64,000 nt of DNA from assembly GCA_038206135.1 (NCBI GenBank), contig JBBRBD010000001.1, positions 1,919 to 65,918 of the forward strand, in the 5' to 3' direction. The notes beneath the pieces are model-generated. The model made no database searches. It was given only the letters and a program-made list of their open reading frames with translations, and had not been told where the DNA came from. Both the position numbers and the translations under genes were made by a program. Shown piece by piece: positions 1-8,225 of the stretch. Source of the DNA: Patescibacteria group bacterium. GTDB taxonomy: Bacteria > Patescibacteriota > Microgenomatia > UBA8517. The first letter of the stretch is position 1. Every line of letters starts with the position of its first letter.

Positions 1-1004
1 TTGTAGATGATAATTCGCCTGATGGCACAGGAGAAGTTGTTAAAAAGGCTGCAAAGACACATAAAAATGTACATTTGCTTTCGGGCAAAAAAGAAGGACT
101 TGGAATGGCTTATGTACGAGGTATGAAATATGCGATCAAAGAATTGAACGCAGATGCCACTATCGAAATGGATGCAGATTTCCAACACAATCCAAAGTAT
201 GTTAAAGATTTGGTTGATGCATTTGTCGATGGTGCAGACTACGTGATCGGAAGCCGCTATGTTAAAGGAGGATCTATTCCAAAAGCATGGGCCTGGCACA
301 GACGCGCTGTTAGTTATTGGGGTAACATGTTTGCCAGAACTATTTTGTTTTTGCCTAAACTACACGACACGACAACTGGCTTTAGATTAACACGAGTTAA
401 AGGAGTATTAGATCATATTGACTTGGATCACTTGATGGAACTTCATAGATTCGCTTTCAAAGTTGATCTTTTTTATCAGTCAGTAATGCTTTCTAAAAAA
501 ACTGTTGAAGTTCCAATTGCATTTGGCACACGTAAAGAAGAAAAATCGAAATTTAGTTTGATGGAAATGGTATCAACATATAAAGTTGTTTTAATGCTGC
601 GACTGAAGGCAAGCGAAAAGCTTATTAAATTTGCCATTGTTGGTTTTGTTGGATTTGTAATCAATGCAGGAGCGCTGGCTTTTTTTTCAAACAGAGCTTT
701 TCCTGAGATTGCAAGTTGGGGGCTTTCTACAGAACTTGCAATTATTAGTAACTTTACCTTAAACAATATCTGGACATTTAGAGCTGAGAAAATCGAAGGA
801 TTATATATGCTTTTAAAGAAATTTTTCCAGTTTAATTTAACTTCCTCTGGTGCATTGATCATTCAAACAATTCTGGGTGCTCTCCTTGTAAGACTTTTTG
901 GTGATCACAGAACAATTTTTCTGTTTGTAATTGTTCTTTTAGTTGTGATGCCATACAACTATTTCATGTATAACTACTTCATTTGGAAAGGGAAGAAGAA
1001 GTAA
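1..1004 (+). CDS. 5'-truncated GT2 polyprenol-phosphate glycosyltransferase (Dpm1/GtrB-like) fused to a C-terminal GtrA-like multi-TM domain
   Basis: Frame 3 is open from the window edge and reads VDDNSPDGTGEVV, the GT2 DxD-type motif. Downstream motifs DADFQHNP and GSRY. The C-terminal ~120 aa are hydrophobic (FAIVGFVGFVINAGALAFF...) like GtrA-family domains. The ORF track lists only 75..1004 from an internal TTG. Confidence 0.75.
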   Translation, partial: VDDNSPDGTGEVVKKAAKTHKNVHLLSGKKEGLGMAYVRGMKYAIKELNADATIEMDADFQHNPKYVKDLVDAFVDGADYVIGSRYVKGGSIPKAWAWHRRAVSYWGNMFARTILFLPKLHDTTTGFRLTRVKGVLDHIDLDHLMELHRFAFKVDLFYQSVMLSKKTVEVPIAFGTRKEEKSKFSLMEMVSTYKVVLMLRLKASEKLIKFAIVGFVGFVINAGALAFFSNRAFPEIASWGLSTELAIISNFTLNNIWTFRAEKIEGLYMLLKKFFQFNLTSSGALIIQTILGALLVRLFGDHRTIFLFVIVLLVVMPYNYFMYNYFIWKGKKK

Positions 1005-1067
1005 CATTAGCCTCGACTAACCATTTTTTGTTGACAAATCCTCAATCCTCATAGATCATGTCACTTC

Positions 1068-2609
1068 ATGAGTCAAAAACACTCAGGATTCGCTCAGGTT
1101 GCAACAGTTTCAGCAATTGCTGTGTTTGCTAGCTTTTTGTTTTTTAATTCTAAACGTCTTTTTAGACAACATCCAAATCCATCTCCAACTGCGAGTCAAA
1201 CACCAATTTTTACAGAAATGCCCACTCCAACAATGAGTGGAATGCCTACATCGAACACAAACCCAACAGCATCCGCGAGCTCAACACCAACTGCAGCAGC
1301 TATTCCAAACGGATCAACCACAGCAATAATCGGCTTTGGAATCGGTTCTGGAGATGGACCTGAGGTTGGCATTAATTTAGCTGCATTCAACAAAGCGAAA
1401 GTAGATGCAGTAAATGGCGTTTATGCTCGCCTCTGTACTGCACAAGAGCATGACAAAGATATTTGGCATGGCTTAGTAAATCCTGTTGCAAAATGCCACT
1501 ACGATCATGAACATGGTGACGATCCAAATTATGTAAATGATATTTTTGGTACACCAGGCGCATGGTTTGATAAGTCCGGACAATCTATTTCATATCCGTG
1601 GCAAACATTTGCCCTCTCGTCAGACATGAGCGAAGCACAAGCGCTTACTCAGTCTGGTATTGAAGGACAAAAAGAAAACGATTTGAAGCATTATGGTTAT
1701 TATTGGGTTGTTAGACGCGGACAAACATGTGATGGAGGAAAATGGTGTATTACAGACTCACGTTTGCAATTCCATTTTATGTCTTCACACCACAATGAAG
1801 TAGGAGTCCGATTTCATTCATTTTCTTTCGAAGGAAGACTGTGTAAAGATCCAAAAGACGCTAGCACATGTGGGATCTATAGAACTGGCGGTTGGACAGA
1901 CCATGGACAGCTCTTTGTATCCTCAAGCGCGAATTCTTCAGGCTATTTAACACAACCGTGTTGGAATCTCCGCAATTCAGATCCGATACGTGGACAACTT
2001 GTTAATCTTTCATCAGACGGACAATTTTATCCATTAAATAATCAAGGTCTTATGGACGAGTTTAGATGTCACAAAATAATTACTGACTCAATCGTTAAAT
2101 CTATGCCAGATGGACTGGTGAATGAACCTGCTGCAGAATGGTGGACACACGGCGCATCAGATTTTAGATATGTAATTCGGGTGTTCGATCCAATAAGTAA
2201 TGTAGATACAACCTCTCCTACTGGAGTAACTACTCACAATATGCCATTTTGTACAGCAGGCGATGTAACCTGTCGCTGGAACAATTCAGTGATATCTGCT
2301 GGGCAAGGATATACAACACAAATTTACACAAGCTATGGTGGCGTTCGAGTTGATAGCAATAACGATAATAAAACGGACTTAACACAGGGTAAAGTCTATT
2401 TAAATAGATTTGGTAATACAAACAAGAATTGTACAGTTGGTGGGTTAGATTGTATCCCTTTAATCTTAACGAATGTGCAATTGAGTGATTCGCCTATTGG
2501 TGGAAATCAACGCTATTCAAACAAGCAATGTGAGAGCTGTGCAAAAATTGATCATGACATTACTCCAAAAGGTATCCCTTCTTGGATTCAATGGTATTTG
2601 AAGATGTAA
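1068..2609 (+). CDS. hypothetical membrane-anchored/secreted Cys-rich protein with Pro/Thr/Ser-rich linker
   Basis: N-terminal hydrophobic anchor (VATVSAIAVFASFLFF). About 60-aa low-complexity linker (PNPSPTASQTPIFTEMPTPTMSGMPTSNTNPTASASSTPTAAA). Then a ~400-aa domain with more than 20 Cys and a His/Asp cluster (HYDHEHGDDPNY). No recognisable family. Confidence 0.6.
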   Translation: MSQKHSGFAQVATVSAIAVFASFLFFNSKRLFRQHPNPSPTASQTPIFTEMPTPTMSGMPTSNTNPTASASSTPTAAAIPNGSTTAIIGFGIGSGDGPEVGINLAAFNKAKVDAVNGVYARLCTAQEHDKDIWHGLVNPVAKCHYDHEHGDDPNYVNDIFGTPGAWFDKSGQSISYPWQTFALSSDMSEAQALTQSGIEGQKENDLKHYGYYWVVRRGQTCDGGKWCITDSRLQFHFMSSHHNEVGVRFHSFSFEGRLCKDPKDASTCGIYRTGGWTDHGQLFVSSSANSSGYLTQPCWNLRNSDPIRGQLVNLSSDGQFYPLNNQGLMDEFRCHKIITDSIVKSMPDGLVNEPAAEWWTHGASDFRYVIRVFDPISNVDTTSPTGVTTHNMPFCTAGDVTCRWNNSVISAGQGYTTQIYTSYGGVRVDSNNDNKTDLTQGKVYLNRFGNTNKNCTVGGLDCIPLILTNVQLSDSPIGGNQRYSNKQCESCAKIDHDITPKGIPSWIQWYLKM

Positions 2610-2804
2610 CCGTTTTTGATTTGATATACTGCTTGTTACAGTTTTAGGGAATGAAAGGTACTCATTGTGATTAGGCTACTACTTTCAATATTAATGTCTT
2701 TTGCGGTAATTTGGTATTTGGTTGTTTGTCTCTTTGTAATAGTTCTAATATTCATCGTGACATACAACCCTTTCAGCGATAAGTTGAGAGGATGACACTC
2801 CTTT

Positions 2805-2840
2805 AAAAGGGCTGAAGACATTTCAGCCCTTTTGATTTAA
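2805..2840. terminator. putative intrinsic terminator hairpin (12-bp perfect stem AAAAGGGCTGAA / TTCAGCCCTTTT, 4-5 nt loop, followed by TTTTGATTT)
   Basis: Perfect inverted repeat 2805-2816 / 2822-2833 read directly from the sequence. It is followed by a T-rich run and is flanked by A-run and T-run. It sits at the end of a 240-nt non-coding gap after the 1068..2609 gene. Confidence 0.5.
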
Positions 2841-2850
2841 AATAACCCTT

Positions 2851-3546
2851 GTGGCAAAACGCAAACCAAATTTCTATAGAATTGAAGGTATTGAGTCTAG
2901 AGTTTTTCAGGGGGATCTTCCTAAACAAAGCTATGGAAGATTCCGTCATGCAAAACAAATTGCGGTAGACTTGGAGTATAAAACGATTGAGCAAAATAAG
3001 TTTGATTTCGACACAATCAAACTTGCTTCTGTTCAGGTCTCAAGCCCTGGGCTTGGAGCGATTATTATCAGAGTGCAAAACGGCGAACGACCTCTTTATC
3101 TAATTGAAGTACTTAAAAACCCTGATATTCAAAAGATATTTCACTTCGCATTTGGAGACTGTTCATTGATAACCAAAAATTGGGGAATTCGCGTCGAAAA
3201 TGTTGCTTGTACAAAAATTGCAGCAAAGGTTCTATTTTCAGATAATAATTCTAAAACCTCATTAATTGATTTACTGCCCAAATATCTTAATATTTCAGTA
3301 TCAAAAACTGAACAGCTTTCAGATTGGTTAATACAATCACTTACAATAGAGCAAATTACATATGCAACTCGGGACGTTTTATACCTTATTCCACTGTATG
3401 AAAAACTAGTGGAAGAACTCACTATCAAAGGAAAAATGCATGAAGTACAGAAAATCTGGGATAGTTTGCCAGATATCGTAGCTGATGAAGTTTCCGGTGA
3501 ACATAAAAAAGTAGGTTGGCATGACGCATTAATAGAATATAAATAA
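2851..3546 (+). CDS. 3'-5' exonuclease domain protein (DEDDy family, RNase D / DnaQ-like)
   Basis: Three exonuclease motifs in correct order: IAVDLEY (Exo I, D-x-E), HFAFGDCSLI (Exo II), YATRDVLYL (Exo III, Y-x3-D). GTG start at 2851 with no in-frame ATG near the N-terminus. Confidence 0.65.
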   Translation: MAKRKPNFYRIEGIESRVFQGDLPKQSYGRFRHAKQIAVDLEYKTIEQNKFDFDTIKLASVQVSSPGLGAIIIRVQNGERPLYLIEVLKNPDIQKIFHFAFGDCSLITKNWGIRVENVACTKIAAKVLFSDNNSKTSLIDLLPKYLNISVSKTEQLSDWLIQSLTIEQITYATRDVLYLIPLYEKLVEELTIKGKMHEVQKIWDSLPDIVADEVSGEHKKVGWHDALIEYK

Positions 3547-3547
3547 A

Positions 3548-3602
3548 AAGCCGCAAAGTTTATTTAACTAAACTAGTTGCGGCATCGATATTAGGCGGCT
3601 TT
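3548..3602. terminator. putative bidirectional terminator-like inverted repeat between convergent genes
   Basis: GCCGCAA (3550-3556) pairs with TTGCGGC (3577-3583). An outer pair AAGCCGC (3548-3554) / GCGGCTT (3596-3602) also exists. The region is flanked by an A-run and a T-run. It lies between the + exonuclease stop (3546) and the stop of the minus-strand small ORF (3591). Confidence 0.4.
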
Positions 3603-3755
3603 AGTACCTTCACTCTTGATGGGAAACTTTTTGAGAGTTTGACCATTATTTGGTGGAGATGGCCTATTTTGCAAACTAAGCTCACCATTTTCGTAACGAA
3701 CACCCTGCAGTCTATATCGTTGGGCCTTTAGCCTCCAGTGTCTTGCGAGTTGCAT
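3591..3755 (-). CDS. small basic protein (54 aa), not in the supplied ORF track
   Basis: Minus-strand ATG at 3755 preceded by AAGGAGT with a 5-nt spacer (strong SD). Reads MQLARHWRLKAQRYRLQGVRYENGELSLQNRPSPPNNGQTLKKFPIKSEGTKAA, stop TAA at 3591-3593. Arg/Lys-rich. The terminator-like hairpin overlaps its stop. Confidence 0.4.
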   Translation of the reverse strand: MQLARHWRLKAQRYRLQGVRYENGELSLQNRPSPPNNGQTLKKFPIKSEGTKAA

Positions 3756-3864
3756 GAACTACTCCTTATCTCTCTTCTTTATATTGTGCTGTAAGTGTGC
3801 TTTCAAAAGCTCTCAAATATACAAAAGTTTATGCTTTCGTCTAATTAGTTAGATACAATACAAT

Positions 3865-4737
3865 ATGCACGAGAGAACAGAAATTTCGGAATATAAACTA
3901 TATAGCGATAGCTGGCTTATTGATAGGTATTTCATGGCAGGCTCTGTAGATGAAGCACTACAAGACACCGAGGAGTATGTTCCATTTTCGTTTGCAGATA
4001 TGCATCGCAAATTGGAGAATGCTGGTATCATCAAGTCCGCCGGAAGACAGACTAGTTTGTCTGAAGCCCTTCATTTTTTTCGAGTAAAACAAATGGAACC
4101 AGGATCTCCGCTTGAATCTATTTATAAAGGAATGCCACTTAATTTTAAAACTTCGATCGCAACGCTTCATCGAATTTACAATCGTATTCTTGAGGCTAAG
4201 TTGAATGTGGTGACCAATAGGTATGCCACCGCATTAATAATCTCTGATGAAGAAAATATGAACAGTGTAATGGTTGGTACTGAACAATACTCCCGTTTGA
4301 AATATGGAAAATTATCTGGTCAACTTACTATTCCGCTTACTTTTTCTAAATTTAATGACACGCCGGGTCAAAGAGTTCTGCGCGTACTTCAGCAGGAAGT
4401 ATTCACAAATGAATCGATCGAGAAACGTTTCTCCGATAGGTCATTCGTGCAGATGCTTCTGTTAAATCTTTCAAATCCTTTTTTAAAATATCGTTTGCTT
4501 GATGTGGAAATTCAATGTTATTCAATTACTATTCCGAAGACGCTGTCAACTTTTTCAAGTTATAAGTTAAGCAACCACCATTTTGTAGAGAAAGAAGAAA
4601 TATTACATACAGTAGATGGATCGTATCGTGAGGGTATACAAGATATTATCAATTTTTCAATAAAACCTTTAATTAAATTGGCACAAACTCCAGTGATGGT
4701 TTCTAGCTTTAATATTTCACTTGAGAAAACGTCTTAA
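3865..4737 (+). CDS. hypothetical soluble protein (290 aa), no recognised family
   Basis: Long uninterrupted ORF of mixed composition with no TM segments and no obvious SD. A TACAAT -10-like hexamer lies 5 nt upstream of the ATG. Confidence 0.5.
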   Translation: MHERTEISEYKLYSDSWLIDRYFMAGSVDEALQDTEEYVPFSFADMHRKLENAGIIKSAGRQTSLSEALHFFRVKQMEPGSPLESIYKGMPLNFKTSIATLHRIYNRILEAKLNVVTNRYATALIISDEENMNSVMVGTEQYSRLKYGKLSGQLTIPLTFSKFNDTPGQRVLRVLQQEVFTNESIEKRFSDRSFVQMLLLNLSNPFLKYRLLDVEIQCYSITIPKTLSTFSSYKLSNHHFVEKEEILHTVDGSYREGIQDIINFSIKPLIKLAQTPVMVSSFNISLEKTS

Positions 4738-5888
4738 AGAAGCGGACCCCAATCTGAAATAGGCATGACATTATTTGAAATAAAAGCGAAACTAAACAGA
4801 AATATTGGAATTAAAATAATGATTGCTCCTACTAAAAACTCTCGTTTTACGAGTTCTTTTCTATAAGCAATTATGAGAAAAGGCACAATAGGAAGTGAAT
4901 ATCGAATTAAATCTCTGTGCGATACAAACAGTGTTGTTGTGTAAAATACTCCGACAAATGCTGAAAGTGCCCATTCTTTTTGAGAGACGAGTTTCATCAG
5001 TCCAATCGCACCGAGAAGATACACGAAAATAATTTCTTCAAGCCAGTGAGTATTCACCCAAGGTTGGGAGTAATTAAATATTTGAAATGGCGGAAAAAAC
5101 AGATGAATATTGTCTCCAGAATTAAAGTATGCAAAAAAGTTTCCAAACTGAATACTATATAAGTAAAATACTGCGATTAACGCTAATGGTATGAGTCCGA
5201 TGAAAACCACACTAGGGTGGATGGACTTGAGCCATTTTTTGTGGTCGTTCGTGATTGCCAAGCTATGAAGACGAGGAACTATAACAGCTACAATCAGCGC
5301 TGCAAAAATCAAAATTCCTGGAGACTTCGTAAACTGAGCAATTGCGCCAAATATTCCTGCGAGTAAATACTGACGTTTCCTGAAATAATACATACAAGCA
5401 ATTATTGCTCCAACAAACAATGGTTCAGGAGAGCCAACTGACCGGACAATAAGCCATCTCGCCGGGAACAAGGCGAATACAAGTGTTAGCCACAGCGCAT
5501 GGTGTTCTTCAACATATTCTTTAGCAAGCTTATAAAACATAAGATGTGCAAATACGCTGGTAACAAGTGTCGTAACAAGCATTCCCCATGGGTATCCGGT
5601 AACTGTGGCTATTATACGAATTAAAAGTGGAAAGAGTGGAAAGTGAGCAGCATAATATTCGTATGGAAGCGAAAATGAGAAATTTTGCAAAATGAGGTTC
5701 TTTTGATACAGCGTTTTAGCAACAACTAAATATAGTGGACCATCGTAATTTGATACAACGACTTGCATGCCTCCTTTTGCCAATGGAATTCCCCAAATAG
5801 CTGGCATCTGTAAATAAAAAGGTGCCCACAAAAGGAATGTAGGGACAATACTCATAAGTGCAACTAGAATGTATGAGCGGAACTTCAT
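4734..5888 (-). CDS. polytopic membrane protein, PIG-V/Gpi18-like mannosyltransferase-like (GT-C superfamily)
   Basis: Multi-TM protein. N-terminal loop motif VVSNYDGPLYLVVAKTLY also occurs in the paralog at 40499 (ANYDGEHYLTIAQFGY). TKSPG motif later in the protein. Only sizeable minus-strand gene in the window. Confidence 0.55.
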   Translation of the reverse strand: MKFRSYILVALMSIVPTFLLWAPFYLQMPAIWGIPLAKGGMQVVVSNYDGPLYLVVAKTLYQKNLILQNFSFSLPYEYYAAHFPLFPLLIRIIATVTGYPWGMLVTTLVTSVFAHLMFYKLAKEYVEEHHALWLTLVFALFPARWLIVRSVGSPEPLFVGAIIACMYYFRKRQYLLAGIFGAIAQFTKSPGILIFAALIVAVIVPRLHSLAITNDHKKWLKSIHPSVVFIGLIPLALIAVFYLYSIQFGNFFAYFNSGDNIHLFFPPFQIFNYSQPWVNTHWLEEIIFVYLLGAIGLMKLVSQKEWALSAFVGVFYTTTLFVSHRDLIRYSLPIVPFLIIAYRKELVKREFLVGAIIILIPIFLFSFAFISNNVMPISDWGPLL

Positions 5889-5939
5889 GCACCAATGGTA
5901 CCACGAGGGGTGTCTCGTATGCTAGACTAGCGTATTGAT

Positions 5940-6644
5940 ATGAAACTACCTGAATTGAGCGTGTTTTTTCCAGCTTACAACGAGGAGGGAAATATAACGG
6001 CAACCGTTGAGAAAGCGCTAAAAATTCTTCCAACCGTTGCAACTAAATGGGAACTTCTTGTTGTAAACGATGGCTCAAAGGATAAAACAGGAATGGTAAT
6101 TGATGCGCTATCAAAGCGACACAAAGGATTGAGAGCTATCCAGCACGAAATGAACAGGGGCTATGGTGCTGCAATTAAAAGTGGTCTTTATAATGCTAAA
6201 TACGACTGGATTGTATTTACTGATTCCGACGGTCAATTCGATTTTTCAGAAGTGACCAACTTCATTGATACTCAAGAAAAAACAAAAGCAGATTTGGTTG
6301 TTGGTTATTACAAAAAACGCCAAGTGAGTTTTTTTAAAATTCTCACAAGTAAAATGTGGGAAGTTGCTGTTTTTCTTTTGTTTGGACTTAAAGTCCATGA
6401 TATAGATTGTGGTTTTAAATTAATTAGTAAAAAAATGCTTGACAAAATTCCAGTGCTAGAAAGCGAGCGTGGAGCATTTGTTAGTAGTGAACTGCTTATA
6501 AAATCAAAGCGTTATGGTGCAAAAATTGTAGAAATTCCGATCACCCATTACCCTCGTGTGAAAGGCGAAGGAACTGGCCGTAACATTGATGTCATTATTG
6601 AAAGTTTTAAAGATTTACTAAAATTATGGTTAAAACTTCGCTAA
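5940..6644 (+). CDS. GT2 polyprenol-phosphate sugar synthase (Dpm1/ArnC/GtrB-like)
   Basis: LSVFFPAYNEEGNI, LLVVNDGSKDKT, NRGYGAAIKSG and FTDSDGQFD are canonical GT2 Dpm1-like motifs. It immediately precedes, and overlaps, a GT-C gene. Confidence 0.85.
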   Translation: MKLPELSVFFPAYNEEGNITATVEKALKILPTVATKWELLVVNDGSKDKTGMVIDALSKRHKGLRAIQHEMNRGYGAAIKSGLYNAKYDWIVFTDSDGQFDFSEVTNFIDTQEKTKADLVVGYYKKRQVSFFKILTSKMWEVAVFLLFGLKVHDIDCGFKLISKKMLDKIPVLESERGAFVSSELLIKSKRYGAKIVEIPITHYPRVKGEGTGRNIDVIIESFKDLLKLWLKLR

Positions 6645-8224
6645 TCAAAAACACTAATCTTTTACTGATTCAAACAAAAGAGTGGATTAAAGCTCACAAA
6701 GCTGAATTTGCTTTACTTGTATTTATATTAGTAGTTGCCTCGTTTATGCGTCTTTATAGAATTAGTGACTATATGACTTTCTTAGGGGATGAAGGGCGTG
6801 ATGTCATTATTGTAAAACGTTTCGTAACTCAAGGTGACATTATGCTCATCGGTCCAGGAACTTCAATTGGGAATATGTATTTAGGACCACTCTACTACTA
6901 TATGATGGCTCCTGCTCTACTTTTTGCTGGGTTTTCTCCTGTTGGTCCAGCTGTAATGGTTGCCTTATTGGGTATCGCAACTGTGTATTTAGTCTGGTTT
7001 TCGGTTCGTACTTGGTTTGGTAAAAAAGCTGCGGCTATTGCAAGTTTTTTATATGCAATTTCACCTACTATTATTATTTATAGTCACTCCAGTTGGAATC
7101 CGAATATTATGCCATTTTTCGCACTGCTTGCGGTTTGGGGAATTTGGAAAACTTGGAACGACAAACAATATTGGTGGCTTTTAGTTGTTGGCATTTGTAT
7201 CGCTGCGGCTTTGCAGTCACATTACTTGGCACTTTTGATAGTGCCCGTCCTTGGTTTGTTTTGGCTTTTTGCTTTTTGGCAGGCAAGAAAAGGAAAGAAC
7301 TTAAAGCGTATTGTTTTGTATTCACTCGGAGGTTTATTTCTCTTTTTGTTCCTGATGTCTCCACTTGCAATTTTCGATCTTCGACACAACTATATGAATT
7401 TCAATGCCTTGAAAGCATTTTTTACTGAAAGACAAACAACAGTATCCATTAAGCCGTGGAAAGCACTACCTGGAATGCTTCCACAACTTACACAAATCAC
7501 GACTCGTTTAATGGGTGGTTATGACACTACATTTGGCAATTGGATAGCATTAGGGGTAATTGCAAGCGTATTTATTGTAATAAAAAAAGGTTCATTGAAA
7601 GTGTGGAGTATTGAGCAAAAATCCGCGAGTTTGGTGTTGGTATGGCTCGGAACTGGTTTACTAGGACTTGCCCTCTATAAGCAACAAATTTATGATCATT
7701 ACTACGGCTTTTTGTTTCCGGTTCCATTTATTCTTATAGGAGGAGTACTTGGTACTATCAGTAATAAATATCGATTTAGAGGCCTATGGCTTATCATTAT
7801 TGTTCTCACATTACTTACCTGGGTGAGTTTGAAAGCAAGCCCATTGCAATATGCTCCAAACAAACAATATCCAAGATCAATTGATGTAGCAAATTCAATT
7901 TTGGACAAAAAGGGAAGTGACAACTTTAACTTCGCAGTGATTGCAGAGAGAAATTATGAGGGTGCATACCAGTACTTTTTACAAGATTCTACTAACTTTA
8001 AAGTAATAGACCCTCAAAACACGAAGGATACGATTACAAAACAACTGTTTGTTGTTTGTGAATTGCCTGTTGAAAAATGCGACCCTACCCATAATGCAAA
8101 AGCAGAAGTAGCAAACTTTGGTTGGAGTAAAATTGATGAAACGTGGCAGGTTGACGGAGTTAATATTTTCAAACTTACACATTCTCAGCCTCAGGCAACT
8201 TCATCCGCAAATCTCAAGAAATAA
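6626..8224 (+). CDS. GT-C membrane glycosyltransferase, PMT/ArnT-like (PMT_2-type)
   Basis: About 11 TM segments. First-loop motif FLGDEGRDVII followed by LIGPGTSIGNMYLGPLYYY. 19-nt overlap with the upstream GT2 gene. Confidence 0.8.
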   Translation: MVKTSLIKNTNLLLIQTKEWIKAHKAEFALLVFILVVASFMRLYRISDYMTFLGDEGRDVIIVKRFVTQGDIMLIGPGTSIGNMYLGPLYYYMMAPALLFAGFSPVGPAVMVALLGIATVYLVWFSVRTWFGKKAAAIASFLYAISPTIIIYSHSSWNPNIMPFFALLAVWGIWKTWNDKQYWWLLVVGICIAAALQSHYLALLIVPVLGLFWLFAFWQARKGKNLKRIVLYSLGGLFLFLFLMSPLAIFDLRHNYMNFNALKAFFTERQTTVSIKPWKALPGMLPQLTQITTRLMGGYDTTFGNWIALGVIASVFIVIKKGSLKVWSIEQKSASLVLVWLGTGLLGLALYKQQIYDHYYGFLFPVPFILIGGVLGTISNKYRFRGLWLIIIVLTLLTWVSLKASPLQYAPNKQYPRSIDVANSILDKKGSDNFNFAVIAERNYEGAYQYFLQDSTNFKVIDPQNTKDTITKQLFVVCELPVEKCDPTHNAKAEVANFGWSKIDETWQVDGVNIFKLTHSQPQATSSANLKK

Positions 8225-8225
8225 A

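Noticed and set aside
476-862. 128-aa minus-strand ORF inside the GT2-GtrA gene
   Set aside because: It is entirely antisense to a well-supported coding region, of low complexity, with no RBS. Typical spurious ORF in AT-rich DNA.
2694-2795. 33-aa hydrophobic peptide ORF (MSFAVIWYLVVCLFVIVLIFIVTYNPFSDKLRG) in the 240-nt gap
   Set aside because: No Shine-Dalgarno sequence and very short. It could be a small membrane peptide but there is no supporting signal. Mentioned only within the sRNA/UTR finding.
7093-7428. 111-aa + strand ORF in an alternative frame of the 6626..8224 GT-C gene, plus similar internal or antisense ORFs at 26471..26860, 43422..43784 and 56989..57369
   Set aside because: They overlap confidently called genes, lack start context, and have composition consistent with out-of-frame translation.
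8118-8225. Upstream extension of the nrnA-like ORF suggested by the ORF track
   Set aside because: It would overlap the preceding GT-C gene by 100 nt. An ATG at 8226, directly after that gene's stop, gives a typical DHH-family N-terminus.
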